A DNA stretch of 64,000 bases from Dehalococcoidia bacterium. GTDB taxonomy: Bacteria; Chloroflexota; Dehalococcoidia; UBA6926. Every line of letters begins with the position of its first letter. Positions within the stretch are counted from its first letter, which is position 1. Below the pieces are notes generated by a model, which was not told where the DNA came from, searched no databases, and saw only the letters and a list, made by a program, of their open reading frames with translations. Below are positions 37,855-48,369 of the stretch, in pieces. The position numbers were made by a program, and so were the translations under genes. The stretch lies in the NCBI GenBank assembly GCA_963666115.2, contig CAXXET010000007.1:128001-192000 (forward strand), read 5' to 3'.

Positions 37855-38775
37855 CTACTCCTCCAGCCCGCGCCCCGTGAGGCGCAGGAAAACGTCTTCA
37901 AGATTGGCGGGGCGTGAATAGATCTGGGCGCCCGGCACGGTGGATTCAGCAACATCAGCGCCGTTGAGGCCGAACGCGTGCACCGTGTCCGGCGTCTGCT
38001 CGATTTCCGCGCCGGCGTCACGCAGATGGTCGGCGATGCGGTCAAGCGCGGCGACGTCCAATGAATGCGCCTCGATGACCGTCTCGCCCGCAATGCGCCG
38101 GATGAGTTCCTGGGGTGTGCCCTCCGCGAGAATCTGTCCTTCGTGCATCACGATGAGCCGGTCACAGAGCGTCGCCGCCTCGTCCATGTAGTGTGTGGTG
38201 AGCAGCATCGTCACACCCTGGTCTTTAAGGCGGCGCAGCGTGCGCCACACGAGGTGCCGCGCCTGCGGGTCCAGCCCCGTCGTCGGCTCGTCCAGCACGA
38301 TGATCGACGGCTCGTTGATCAGCCCCCGCGCAATGAGCAGCCGACGCTTCATCCCGCCCGAAAGCTCATCCACTTTTGAACCCGCCCGATCCATCAACTG
38401 GAAGAGTTCAAGGGCGGTCGTTGCGCGCGCGTTGGCCTCCTCTGCGCCGATGCCGAAATACCCGGCATACAGCCGCAGGTTGTCGATCACGGTGATTTCA
38501 TCATCCAGGTTATCGCCCTGAGGCACGACGCCGATGACGGACTTGACCGCCCGCGCCTCCGTCTGCACAGACAGGCCGTTCACCAGCAGGCTGCCGGACG
38601 TGACGGGCGAGGCGCACGTGATCATGCGCATGGTGCTCGTCTTGCCCGCGCCGTTCGGCCCCAGGAAACCGAAGCACTCCCCCGGCCTCACTTCGAAATC
38701 AATGCCGCGCACAGCGACGAGATCGCCGAATTCCTTGACCAGCTTCTTTGCGACGACGGGCTTAACCTCAACCAT
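37855..38775 (-). CDS. ABC exporter ATP-binding protein (NodI-like)
   Basis: GPNGAGKT, LSGGMKRR, LDEPTTGLDPQARH. Confidence 0.93.
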   Translation of the reverse strand: MVEVKPVVAKKLVKEFGDLVAVRGIDFEVRPGECFGFLGPNGAGKTSTMRMITCASPVTSGSLLVNGLSVQTEARAVKSVIGVVPQGDNLDDEITVIDNLRLYAGYFGIGAEEANARATTALELFQLMDRAGSKVDELSGGMKRRLLIARGLINEPSIIVLDEPTTGLDPQARHLVWRTLRRLKDQGVTMLLTTHYMDEAATLCDRLIVMHEGQILAEGTPQELIRRIAGETVIEAHSLDVAALDRIADHLRDAGAEIEQTPDTVHAFGLNGADVAESTVPGAQIYSRPANLEDVFLRLTGRGLEE

Positions 38776-38819
38776 GTCGCCACAAGCGTAGCATGCGCCC
38801 CTAGGTCATTAAGCGCGGA

Positions 38820-39746
38820 CTAATCCATATCCTCCCGCGCCGCCCCGCGCGCCTTCCCCAACTCCCCCCGGTCATGCGCCCGCACCAGCGCATCGAACTC
38901 CGGCGGGTCCTCATCATCGGATATATCCCGCGCCGGCGGGCCGCCGAGGCCGCTGTCCACCAGTTCATGGCTGCTGCGAACATAGCCCCGAAAATCGGAT
39001 GCGCCTGACGGCGGGAACGATGGCCGCCCCTTCTGCGACGGATGCTGATAAACCTCGCCGATGATCACCTGCACGCCCTCCGCCGGATGATCCCGCAGGA
39101 ACGCGGCCTCATACCGGTTGCCGGCGTCCATGAGCGAGATGATCCGTTGCGCAAGACGCGGGTGGACGCGCCCGACGGGTTCCCCCCGGCAGGAATGAAC
39201 CAGCAGCCTGTTTCCCTCCTGGCTGAGCGTCAACGCCTCGCCGCTGCTCAGGTGCCCGACTGCAGTGCGGTCGGTCGCATCGACCAGGGTTACGATTGTG
39301 CTCTTGCCCGCCTCGCTCATCAGGAGATGCGAGGACAGGACGTTCCGATTCGGCGCCTCGGATTGCGCCGCGTCTCCGGCCGCATACTCGGCGGCCGTCT
39401 CGCCGATTGCTCCGGCGCCGTTGGGAGCGGGCGCGGATGCGGTGATCGTAGCAGCTACCTCCGCCCGTTCCAGCCGGTCGCGATTCCGGCAGGCGATCGT
39501 GTTCGATGAATTAAGCCGCAGCGCGCCGTCAACCGCGTCCCGCGCCTCCGACAGCTCTCCCAGTTCAAGCAGCGCCTTGGCCAGTCGATTCAGCGCCTCG
39601 ATGTTCCTAGGCGCAATCCGCAGGACGGCCCTGTTGGCCGCAACGGCCTTTCCCCAATCCTGGGCCAGCGCGGACGCAATTGCGGCATCCGTCTGGGTCT
39701 TCACCTCACGGGCTTGGTCGCGTTCATCGATCTGTGTCGTCGCCAT
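38820..39746 (-). CDS. Tetratricopeptide repeat protein with C-terminal beta domain
   Basis: ALAQDWGKAVAANR..ALNRLAKALLELG..NTIA..N..RL; EAGK..RIISLMDAGNRYEA..PSFP. Confidence 0.75.
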   Translation of the reverse strand: MATTQIDERDQAREVKTQTDAAIASALAQDWGKAVAANRAVLRIAPRNIEALNRLAKALLELGELSEARDAVDGALRLNSSNTIACRNRDRLERAEVAATITASAPAPNGAGAIGETAAEYAAGDAAQSEAPNRNVLSSHLLMSEAGKSTIVTLVDATDRTAVGHLSSGEALTLSQEGNRLLVHSCRGEPVGRVHPRLAQRIISLMDAGNRYEAAFLRDHPAEGVQVIIGEVYQHPSQKGRPSFPPSGASDFRGYVRSSHELVDSGLGGPPARDISDDEDPPEFDALVRAHDRGELGKARGAAREDMD

Positions 39747-40016
39747 GTCGGATGTCCTGCCTTTGCGGTCTCTCGTCCCTCGCGATACGCCTCTCAGGCG
39801 CGGGGACAACACGCAAAATGCGACACCACCACGACACGGCAGCCCGACCACACGCCCACAACGGCTCCTAATCCCGCCGCAGACGACGACCGGCCACCGA
39901 GCCCCGATCCCTGCCGCCTCCCCGCGCTACCGGACGGCAGTTTTCAAACTCAGTCCAAAACCTATTGTCTAACACATGTCAACCACACGGGGAGAGGCAG
40001 CCGCATTCCTCCCGCC

Positions 40017-40745
40017 CTAACGTGGCGGTATGTTACGGCCCCCCCGCAGCCTAACCCGCACTATCTCTGCCAGCGTCTGGGGGCCGTGGTGCAGGCGCAC
40101 GGTGCTCATTTCGCCGTAGCGCCACGTGACGGGCATCTCCACCACCCGCATTCCCCACCGCCGCGCCAGGTACAGGATTTCCGCGTCAAACGCGAAACCG
40201 TCCACTCGCTGCGCCCCAAACAGCTGCTCCGCCACCGCCGCCCTGAACGCCTTGAACCCGCACTGCGTATCCGTGACCGACAGCCCCAATATGGCCCGAG
40301 TCGCCCCGCTGACCACCTTGCCGCCGATGCGGCGGCTAATCGGCTCCCCCATGCGTTCCGCCCCCTCGATGGAGCGCGAACCGATGACGATGTCCGCATC
40401 CCGCGTCGCCGCAACGAACGGGCCAATCGTCTCTACCGGCACGGCCAGGTCCACATCCATGAACAGCCGGACGTCGCCTTTCGCCTCCAGCATCCCCCGC
40501 CGAACCGCGTGCCCCTTGCCCCGGTGAGGCAGCGAGAGCAGCCGCACACGCGGCGAATGGCCGGCGAACTCCCGCGTGATGGTCTCCGTGTCGTCCGTGC
40601 TGCCGTCGCTCGTGATGATCAGTTCAGCATCCGGGAAATGGGCATCGAGGTAGGCCGTCGTCTCATCCAGGGCGTCCGGCAGCCGCGCCTCCTCGTTATA
40701 GGCGGGGATGATGACGGACAGCGGGGGCGCGGCCTGGTCAGTCAT
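40017..40745 (-). CDS. GT2 glycosyltransferase (dolichyl-phosphate glucosyltransferase-like)
   Basis: IIPAYNE, DGSTD, GKGHAVRRG, DTQCGFK, GFAFDAE. Confidence 0.9.
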   Translation of the reverse strand: MTDQAAPPLSVIIPAYNEEARLPDALDETTAYLDAHFPDAELIITSDGSTDDTETITREFAGHSPRVRLLSLPHRGKGHAVRRGMLEAKGDVRLFMDVDLAVPVETIGPFVAATRDADIVIGSRSIEGAERMGEPISRRIGGKVVSGATRAILGLSVTDTQCGFKAFRAAVAEQLFGAQRVDGFAFDAEILYLARRWGMRVVEMPVTWRYGEMSTVRLHHGPQTLAEIVRVRLRGGRNIPPR

Positions 40746-40766
40746 GGCGAAACGCCTCGCCCCGCG

Positions 40767-41999
40767 CTACAGCGGGATGTCGTCCGGCGTTTCGAGGCTG
40801 AAGGCACGGTGCAGGGCGCGAACGGCGTCCTCCACGCTGTCCTGGTGGACGACGCACGTGAGGCTGATCTCCGCCGTTGTGATCATCTCGATATTCACGT
40901 CCGCGTCGCGCAGCGCGCGGAACATCGCCCCCGCGTAGCCGGGCGAGTTGGTCAGCCCCGCGCCGACGATGCTCACCTTGGCGAGATGGTCGTCCGCCGT
41001 CACGCCCGCCGCGCCAAGCTCGGCCTGTATCGCCCGCGTCCGCTCCAGGGTCTCCGGCAAATCGTCGCGCGTGACAGTAAACGAGAGATCACTGAGGCCG
41101 TGCTGACCCGCGTTCTGGACGATGATGTCCACGCTGATGCCCGCGTCTGCCAGCGGCGAGAAGACGTGCGCGGCAATGCCGGGACGGTCGGGCACGCCCA
41201 GCAGCGTCACCCGCGCAATGCCCGCGTCATGCGCGATCCCGCGCACCTTGTTGCGATTCTCCATGAGTTCTCCTCCGTGTATGCGGGTGCCGCCGGGGTC
41301 ATCCAGCAGGCTTGAGGCGACAAGAATGGGCACGTCGTACACCCAGCCAAGCTCGACGGCGCGGTTGTGCATGACACGCGCCCCCTCGCTCGCCATCTCC
41401 AACATCTCATCGTAGTTGATGTCCACCAGCCGGCGGGCATCGGGAACGATGCGCGGATCGGCGGTGTAGATGCCGTCCACGTCCGTGTAAATCTCGCAGA
41501 TCGGCGCGCGCAACTCCGCAGCCAACGCGACGGCTGTCGTGTCTGATCCGCCACGCCCCAGCGTCGTTATCTCCATATCGTCCGTCGTGCCCTGGAACCC
41601 CGCCACGATGACGATGTTGCCGCGGCCGATCTCATCCTTGAGACGTTTCGGTTCGATCTGGGTAATCCGCGCGCGGGAAAAATCCGTATCCGTGCGGATG
41701 CCCGCCTGGAATCCGCTCAGGCTGACCGCGCCGAGGCCGAGATCGCGCAGCGCCATCGCCAGCAGCGCGCCCGATACGAGCTCGCCCGTTGACAGCAGGA
41801 GGTCCATCTCGCGGGGCGCGGGATTATGGGAAATGCTGCGGCTCAACCCGATAAGCTGATCCGTTGTCTGCCCCATGGCGGATACGACCACCACGAGGTC
41901 ATCGCCGGCCTCGCGTTCCTTCGCCACCCGTGACGCCACGCGCTTGATGTGGTCGGCGGAGGCGACCGAGCTCCCGCCGTACTTCTGGACGCGGAGCAT
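40767..41999 (-). CDS. lysC: Aspartate kinase
   Basis: VQKYGGSSV, VVVSAMG, TTLGRGGSD, ACT domains. Confidence 0.96.
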   Translation of the reverse strand: MLRVQKYGGSSVASADHIKRVASRVAKEREAGDDLVVVVSAMGQTTDQLIGLSRSISHNPAPREMDLLLSTGELVSGALLAMALRDLGLGAVSLSGFQAGIRTDTDFSRARITQIEPKRLKDEIGRGNIVIVAGFQGTTDDMEITTLGRGGSDTTAVALAAELRAPICEIYTDVDGIYTADPRIVPDARRLVDINYDEMLEMASEGARVMHNRAVELGWVYDVPILVASSLLDDPGGTRIHGGELMENRNKVRGIAHDAGIARVTLLGVPDRPGIAAHVFSPLADAGISVDIIVQNAGQHGLSDLSFTVTRDDLPETLERTRAIQAELGAAGVTADDHLAKVSIVGAGLTNSPGYAGAMFRALRDADVNIEMITTAEISLTCVVHQDSVEDAVRALHRAFSLETPDDIPL

Positions 42000-42004
42000 T
42001 GAGT

Positions 42005-42940
42005 CTACAACTCCGTAACGACGTGGGCGCCTTGTTCAGACGGCGCAAGGACGAATGCGCGGCCCGCGATGCCCAGCGACTGCGCCGCATCCTGCATGGC
42101 GGCTGAAACGTCGTCCGCCCGCTCAGGCGATGACATGGCGATGATGGTTGGGCCGGCGCCGGACAGGAATGCTGTGTACGCCCCCGCGTCCTTCGCCGCC
42201 CGCGTCAAGGGCGCGAGGCCGGGAACCAGCTCCGCGCGGTATGGTTGATGCAGCCGATCCTCTGTCGCCAGCGCAAGGTCGGCCCAGTGATGCGTCATGA
42301 ACGTGCGGATCAGCAGCGCCGTCCGCGCCACGTTGAATGACGCATCGCCCAGCGGAACGTGGCCCGGCAAGGCCGCCCGCGCCTCTGAGGTCGGCACCTG
42401 CTCATCGGGGGCAAAGGCAATGCAGTCTAGGTCGGACGGAAAATCGAGTTGTCGGGCCACCGGACGGCCCTCCTCGGACATGACCGCCAGGCACGCGCCT
42501 CCCATCAGGGCTGGCGCAACGTTATCGGGATGCCCCTCGATCCGCGTCGCGTCGGCAATCATATCCTCGATGTCGCGCTCACGCCCCAGGACCCTGTTTG
42601 CGATGAGCAGCCCGGCGGCGCACGCAGCCGCGCTGCTGCCAAGGCCGCGCGCCAGCGGAATCTGGTTGGCGGCGGATATGTGGAGCGGGGGCAGTGTTTG
42701 CCTGAGATTCGCCGCGCCGACATAGGCGGCGCGGAACACGAGATTCGCATTCGCCGGCCCGGAGATTTCGTTCTCGCCTTCTCCACTTATTTGGAAGCGG
42801 TTGGCGTCGGCCGACGCCACGCGAAGCTCCAGCCAAAGGTCAAGCGCCATCCCCACGGCATCAAAGGCAGAGCCAAAATTAGCCGTCGAAGCCGGCGCCC
42901 GCACTGTAAACGGAGCGAAACCACTCGTCATAGTAGTCAT
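42005..42940 (-). CDS. thrB: Homoserine kinase
   Basis: PASTAN, IPLARGLGSSAAA, EGHPDNVAP, LSGAGPT. Confidence 0.96.
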   Translation of the reverse strand: MTTMTSGFAPFTVRAPASTANFGSAFDAVGMALDLWLELRVASADANRFQISGEGENEISGPANANLVFRAAYVGAANLRQTLPPLHISAANQIPLARGLGSSAAACAAGLLIANRVLGRERDIEDMIADATRIEGHPDNVAPALMGGACLAVMSEEGRPVARQLDFPSDLDCIAFAPDEQVPTSEARAALPGHVPLGDASFNVARTALLIRTFMTHHWADLALATEDRLHQPYRAELVPGLAPLTRAAKDAGAYTAFLSGAGPTIIAMSSPERADDVSAAMQDAAQSLGIAGRAFVLAPSEQGAHVVTEL

Positions 42941-42979
42941 GCCTTAAGTATAGGGGTATCGACAGCCTGACCCAACGAG

Positions 42980-43789
42980 CTATTGACCCAAAATGACCTC
43001 GCTGTTCCGCCGCGCCACCGCCTCCCACAGTAGCCGCGCCCTCTCCTTGCCCTCCGCCTTAGCCGGATCGATGACGAGTCTGCCCGAGCGCGTATAAGAG
43101 CCGATGGTCTGTAACTCGCTGCGGTTCGCTTTCCACGTCCACGGACGGCCGCGAGCATCCAAGAGTGTCGACTCTGCCAGCGAACGATCAAGCGGCACGG
43201 CTACCGGCAGTCTCAGCGACGCCTCAGGATCGCCCTTCCATACCCAGAACTTGTTGAGCGCCCGCGCGTGATACGCCGCACGCCGGATGTGCGCGTTCGC
43301 GCCAAACACCGTGAAATCCCGCCCCGTTGGATACGTCTCCACGTCCCGCAAGACATCGGCCACGCGAAAGAACCCAATCAGGTAGAAACCCGCCGGCCCC
43401 ATGAATCGATCCTTGCCGTCGTGCCCAACCAGCCGCGCCAGGAAAACGATATAGTCGCCCGGCCCGCACGCCTTCAGGCCCGCCCCCCTGCCCGTCGTCT
43501 GCGGGTTGTCTCCGTAGGTGAACGCGCGAAACTCCGGGTCGTCGTGCAGCCGATCGTTCCACCGTGAGACGGGCGCATAGTCCGCAAGCGTCTTGTCCGG
43601 ATCGTTATAGGCCGCCAGCTTTGGATACGCAGGCAGCGTCGGCGACCACAGCCGCCGTTCCTCCGGGATCGGCAGAAACTCGAATGTGCCGTCGGCAAAG
43701 ACGGGGCTGCGGAGCGCCCCATGCGAGGCATTCACGCCGACGTTGACCATGAAGATGCGGGCGCTGGGGTCAATTCGTGCAACAATCAC
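42980..43789 (-). CDS. Nmad3-like (nucleotide modification associated domain 3) protein
   Basis: SPVFADGTFEFLPIPE, HDDPEF..FTYGD, GDYIVF..L, YLIGFF, NAH. Start uncertain. Confidence 0.7.
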   Translation of the reverse strand: MIVARIDPSARIFMVNVGVNASHGALRSPVFADGTFEFLPIPEERRLWSPTLPAYPKLAAYNDPDKTLADYAPVSRWNDRLHDDPEFRAFTYGDNPQTTGRGAGLKACGPGDYIVFLARLVGHDGKDRFMGPAGFYLIGFFRVADVLRDVETYPTGRDFTVFGANAHIRRAAYHARALNKFWVWKGDPEASLRLPVAVPLDRSLAESTLLDARGRPWTWKANRSELQTIGSYTRSGRLVIDPAKAEGKERARLLWEAVARRNSEVILGQ

Positions 43790-43791
43790 GT

Positions 43792-44977
43792 ATGAATCGT
43801 AGCAGTAATGCCGCAACCCGAACGCAGGCCGTCAAGGATGCCGCCACCCACGCCGGCTTTGACGTCGTCGGCATCGCCTCCGCGGATGTCTTCCGTGAGC
43901 GCGGGGAGACAACGAAAGAGCGCGTCGCCGAGGGACTCATGGACGGCCTGCCCTGGTTCACGCAAGACCGCGTCGAACGCGGAATGGACCCGGCCGCTAT
44001 GCTGCCCGGCGCCCGCTCCATCATCTCCCTCGCCCTCAGCCATCACCATCAGCACGCCGCGGAAGCCCCTGACACGCAGCCCCGAGGACGCATCGCCCGC
44101 TACGCATGGGGCGAAGACTATCACCGTGTCTTTGCTCGCAAGGTCCGCGCATTTATCGAATCTTTGCCGGACGTGACGGGAGAATCTGACATCGGCACGC
44201 GCTGGTACACGGACACGGGGCCGATGCTCGACCGCGCCGTCGCCGAACGCGCCGGCGTCGGCTGGTTCGGCAAGAACACCAATATCCTCACGTCGCAGGG
44301 CTCATGGATGCTATTGGCGCAGATCATCACGACCCTCGAACTCACGCCGGATGAGCCGCTCAAGAAGACGTGCGGCGCGTGCAACATCTGCGTCGATGCC
44401 TGCCCCACCGGCGCAATCGTCGCCCCCTATGTCCTGGACAACAGCAAGTGCATTTCCTACCTGACCATCGAGAATCGTGGCCCGATTCCCATTGAGTTGC
44501 GTGAGCAAATCGGCGACTGGATTTTCGGCTGCGATGTCTGCCAGGATGTCTGCCCCGTCAACCGCAAGGCGCAGGTTGGCAAGGCCTACACGGAACTCAC
44601 GCGAGACGCTGAAAACCGCGCCCGCCCCGAACTCGTCGAACTCCTTGAACTGGACGACGACGGCTTCCGTGACCGATTCCGCGGCAGCGCCGTCCTCCGC
44701 GCCAAGCCGGAGGGAATGCGCCGCAACGTCTGCATCGCCCTCGGCAACATCGCAGACCCTGCAACCGTCGCCCCGCTCGCCCGCGTCCTCCGCGAAGACC
44801 CCTCCCCCACAGTCCGAGGCCACGCCGCCTGGGCCCTAGGCCGCATCAGGACTGAAGACTCCGTTGCGGCACTGAAAGATGCCCACGACGCTGAACCAGA
44901 CCCCAACCGCCCAACAAGAGATTACGTCGGCATTGGCGAGAGTCACTCTCCCACATACACCTCCCCGTCCGGCCTGA
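43792..44977 (+). CDS. queG: Epoxyqueuosine reductase with C-terminal HEAT repeat; probable frameshift near 44901
   Basis: ARYAWGEDYH, DTGPMLDR, GWFGKN, CGACNICVDACPTGA, FGCDVCQDVCP. Removing one C at GACCCC gives DPTAQQEITSAL...stop. Confidence 0.93.
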
Positions 44978-46513
44978 ACGACGCATACCCGAACCAGAAC
45001 GCCACGTGGCCTGGGATGCGCGCCAGTGCCTCGTCGCCCGGCCCCCTCAACCCATCCGGCGTCACACGCCACTCCCCGCCATCCCCATCAAACACCCCCC
45101 CGTCCGGCCCCGCCTTGAACGTCCGATCCTCCCGCAGAAACGCCTGCACTCCTCCGCCCTCATCCGTCACCACCACAATCGGAACCCTCGCTCACCATGT
45201 CATTGAGAACAACTCCGGGGCCCAATTCCTCAAGTGTTTCCAATGGATACGCCTTGCTTTCCCCGCTGTCCAGGATCGCCGCGAATACCTGCGATTTTGG
45301 CCGCAGCCGTGAATTCCCCGCGCCCGGACCGCCGGGGAACATCAGGCTGGGGCTGGAGAAATAATCGTAGTATGCCGCCCCCGGCGTGCCCGGCTTCTCA
45401 TACGGCCGCTCATGCCCCGTATCGAGTGACAACACCGTCGTATCGGGGTGCTGCCGGTTCCACTCGCCCCACGTCGTCAGCGTCACCGGCAGGATCGGCA
45501 GCGTGATGTCCTCCCCAACGAGCTCCCCGACAACCGGAACCCCCATGAACTGGTTCCACAGACTCTTAGTGTCAGCGTCATACATGAGCTTGTTCGATCG
45601 ATAAAGCAGCCCCGACGACCCCGAACACATACGGCTCCTGCCCGCCTCCCCGCCGTGTGTCATACAGGATGCCGGAGCCGCACAGCGTGCAATACGCCAG
45701 CGCGAACGGCTGCCCGCCCACCACGTCGTTCGTCATCTCATGCCAATTCATGATCCGCAGCGGATAGGCGCGCGCCTCCCCGTTCAGGTACACGCCGAAC
45801 ACCTGCTCATCCGCCTCAAGATAGCGCGCCTCATGCGCCGGAATCACCGCGGGGTTGTCCAGCGACGGGATGCCGTCTACAACCACCCCGCCCCACACGA
45901 TCTCCTCCAGCCGGATCGTGTGCGCCGCGCCCTCCTCCGGCAGGAATTCGCGGAACCGCTCGTCCACCGTGCTGAGAATCTCGCCCCTTCCACCACGCGT
46001 ACGGCTCGGGCGCATCGTATTCGGGATGGTCCCCCACCCATTCCAGCCATTCGAAACTGTCCGCCCCAGGGATGTACTCCCCCGTCAAATCCCGCAGCGT
46101 ATCCAGCAAGTGCCCCCGATAGATCTGCCCATACGGATACACGGTCAACAGGTCAACCAAAAACGGTGCGTTGCGCGGGTCTTTCGTGAGACGAATACGT
46201 CCTACCCCCGGCGCAAGAAAGCCCGTCAGTGACCCCCCTGTCGATATGTCCGGCTCGTCATACAGGGCGGCGGTCAGCGACTCACGCAACTGCTCCGTGG
46301 TGAGAACTGCGACGCTGGCGAACGTCGGCGGGGGCGTCGGCGCCGGGGAAAAGCATCGGCGACTGCCGTCGGCGACGAAACCGAGAACGGCGCCCCCGCC
46401 GGACGCTCGGGCAGTTCAGTTGGAACCGGCGTCGCCTGCCCTCCGCACGCCCCCGCAAGAACCGCCGTCACTGTCAACAGCAGGGCGATCGTCAAACCGG
46501 CGAGCCGACTCAT
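44943..46513 (-). CDS. DUF3179 family lipoprotein (Cys form), multiple frameshifts
   Basis: Lipobox AGAC; WGGVVVDGIPSLDNP, RAYPLRIMNWHEMTND, YCTLCGSG, SGLLYRSNKLMYD and FWFG are spread over several frames. Confidence 0.85.
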
Positions 46514-46601
46514 ACGCAGCCCGCTTTGCCTTGACCGCTTTCAAGCTGCCCGCGTATCATCGTCATGCGCGATTCGACGCAACAGAAGCAACTGACGTTC
46601 A

Positions 46602-46874
46602 ATGAGGTTTGCACGGGTGAGTTATCTCAACGCGATGTACCGCTTCTTCATTCCGGGCCTGGAGGCCAAGCTTCGCCTGCTCGCCACTGACGTGAGCATC
46701 CTCGTCGGCACCATGCTCGCTACCATTCTAATCCGACATTACATGTTCAGTTCCCTTGAGGCCGGCGCGGACGTCGTGACGGGGTTCCTCGTTGGATTCA
46801 CCGCCGTCGTCTCCTTCAACTCTATCGTCTATTTCGGCTCGCTGGCAGAGCCCGAGCCTGAGTCCGAGTCGTAG
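46602..46874 (+). CDS. Small two-TM membrane protein
   Basis: Two hydrophobic segments; fills the gap before pncB. Confidence 0.5.
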   Translation: MRFARVSYLNAMYRFFIPGLEAKLRLLATDVSILVGTMLATILIRHYMFSSLEAGADVVTGFLVGFTAVVSFNSIVYFGSLAEPEPESES

Positions 46875-46945
46875 CCGAGGGAGCCACTCCTGGCACCGCC
46901 GGCTCCCTGCCGACATGAACATGGCGGCCCTCATCGGGCGGAGCA

Positions 46946-48325
46946 ATGTCCCCGCGCGGCGCGCGCGATTCCTCCGGCCACAGCCTCGCCATCTTCACCG
47001 CCCTCTATGAACTCACCATGTCGCAGGCGTGGTGGCAGAGCGGCAACGCCCACCACGCCGCCTTCAGCCTCTTCATCAGGCGCTTCCCCCCCAACCGCTC
47101 CTACTTCGTCCTCGCCGGCATCCATGACATCCTCGATTACCTAGCCGACTTCCGATTCACCGAGGCGGACATCGCCTACCTCGGCTCGCTTGACCGCTTC
47201 GACGGCGGCTTCCTTGAATACCTGGCTGATCTGCGCTTCACCGGCAACGTCCGCGCAATGCGAGAGGGCCAGATCTTCTTTGCCGATGAGCCGGTCATGG
47301 AAATCTCCGGACCCGTCATCGAGTGCCAGATTCTCGAAAACTACGTCATCAACCGCGTCAGCCTCCAGACCATGCTCGCCACCAAAGCCGCCCGCGTCAT
47401 CCACGCCGCCCGCGGACGCCCCGTCACCTACTACGGCTCCCGGCGCGCCCCTGGCGTCGATGCCGCCGGCCAGATGGCCCGCGTCGGCGCAATGACCGGC
47501 TTTGCGGGCACCGGCAACGTCCTCGCCGCCGCCCAGCACGGCATCGCCCCTATGGGCACCATGGCGCACTCATTCGTCGGCTCATTCCCAACGGAACTCG
47601 ATGCCTTTCGCGCCTTCGCCCGATCCTTCCCGGACGCCTCCACCTTCCTCATTGACACCTATGACCCCATCGAGGGCGCGCGCAACGCCATCACCGTCGC
47701 CCTGGAAATGAAAGCCATCGGCCACAGGCTCGGCGCGGTTCGGCTCGACAGCGGCGATCTGCTCAACCTCTCACGACGCGTGCGCGCCATGCTGGACGGC
47801 GCGGGGCTGGAGGATGTCGATATCGTCGCCAGCGGTGAACTCGATGAGTTCGTCATCGACGGACTGCTGCGTGACGGCGCGCCGATCGCCGGTTTCGGCG
47901 TCGGAACGCGCATCGGCTCCTCCGCCGACGCGCCCTGGACCGACTCCGTCTACAAGCTGGTCGAATACGCCGGCGAACCGGTGCTCAAGCTGAGCGTCGG
48001 CAAGGAAACGCTCCCGGGCCGCAAACAAATCTACCGGTACGAAGACGAAAGCGGCGGCTACGCGCGAGACGTAATCGCCATGGCGGACGAGCCTCCGCCA
48101 AACGGCGCAGCCCCGCTGCTGGAAGACGTCATGCGGGACGGCAGCGCCCTGCGCCCCCACCCAACGCTCGATGAGTCCCGCAGCCTCTTCCAACAAGGTT
48201 TCGCCGCCCTCCCGGAAGACATCAAAACCCTAACCGGCGCGGCAGCCTACCCCGTCGAAATCTCCCCCGCGCTCGCCCAACTCCAACAGCAAATAACCAC
48301 AAACCTCTCCACCCGCAGCGCCTAG
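46946..48325 (+). CDS. pncB: Nicotinate phosphoribosyltransferase
   Basis: LYELTM, YGSRRA, GTMAHS, LIDTYD, VRLDSGDL, VYKLVEY, TLPGRKQ. Confidence 0.94.
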   Translation: MSPRGARDSSGHSLAIFTALYELTMSQAWWQSGNAHHAAFSLFIRRFPPNRSYFVLAGIHDILDYLADFRFTEADIAYLGSLDRFDGGFLEYLADLRFTGNVRAMREGQIFFADEPVMEISGPVIECQILENYVINRVSLQTMLATKAARVIHAARGRPVTYYGSRRAPGVDAAGQMARVGAMTGFAGTGNVLAAAQHGIAPMGTMAHSFVGSFPTELDAFRAFARSFPDASTFLIDTYDPIEGARNAITVALEMKAIGHRLGAVRLDSGDLLNLSRRVRAMLDGAGLEDVDIVASGELDEFVIDGLLRDGAPIAGFGVGTRIGSSADAPWTDSVYKLVEYAGEPVLKLSVGKETLPGRKQIYRYEDESGGYARDVIAMADEPPPNGAAPLLEDVMRDGSALRPHPTLDESRSLFQQGFAALPEDIKTLTGAAAYPVEISPALAQLQQQITTNLSTRSA

Positions 48326-48369
48326 AAAAATCCGGCATACTATGTGGGAAGCGCGGAGGGAAAGCGGAT

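Noticed and set aside
44978-45312. Long C-terminal extension of QueG in the ORF track
   Set aside because: Results from a probable extra C near 44901 and overlaps the convergent DUF3179 gene.
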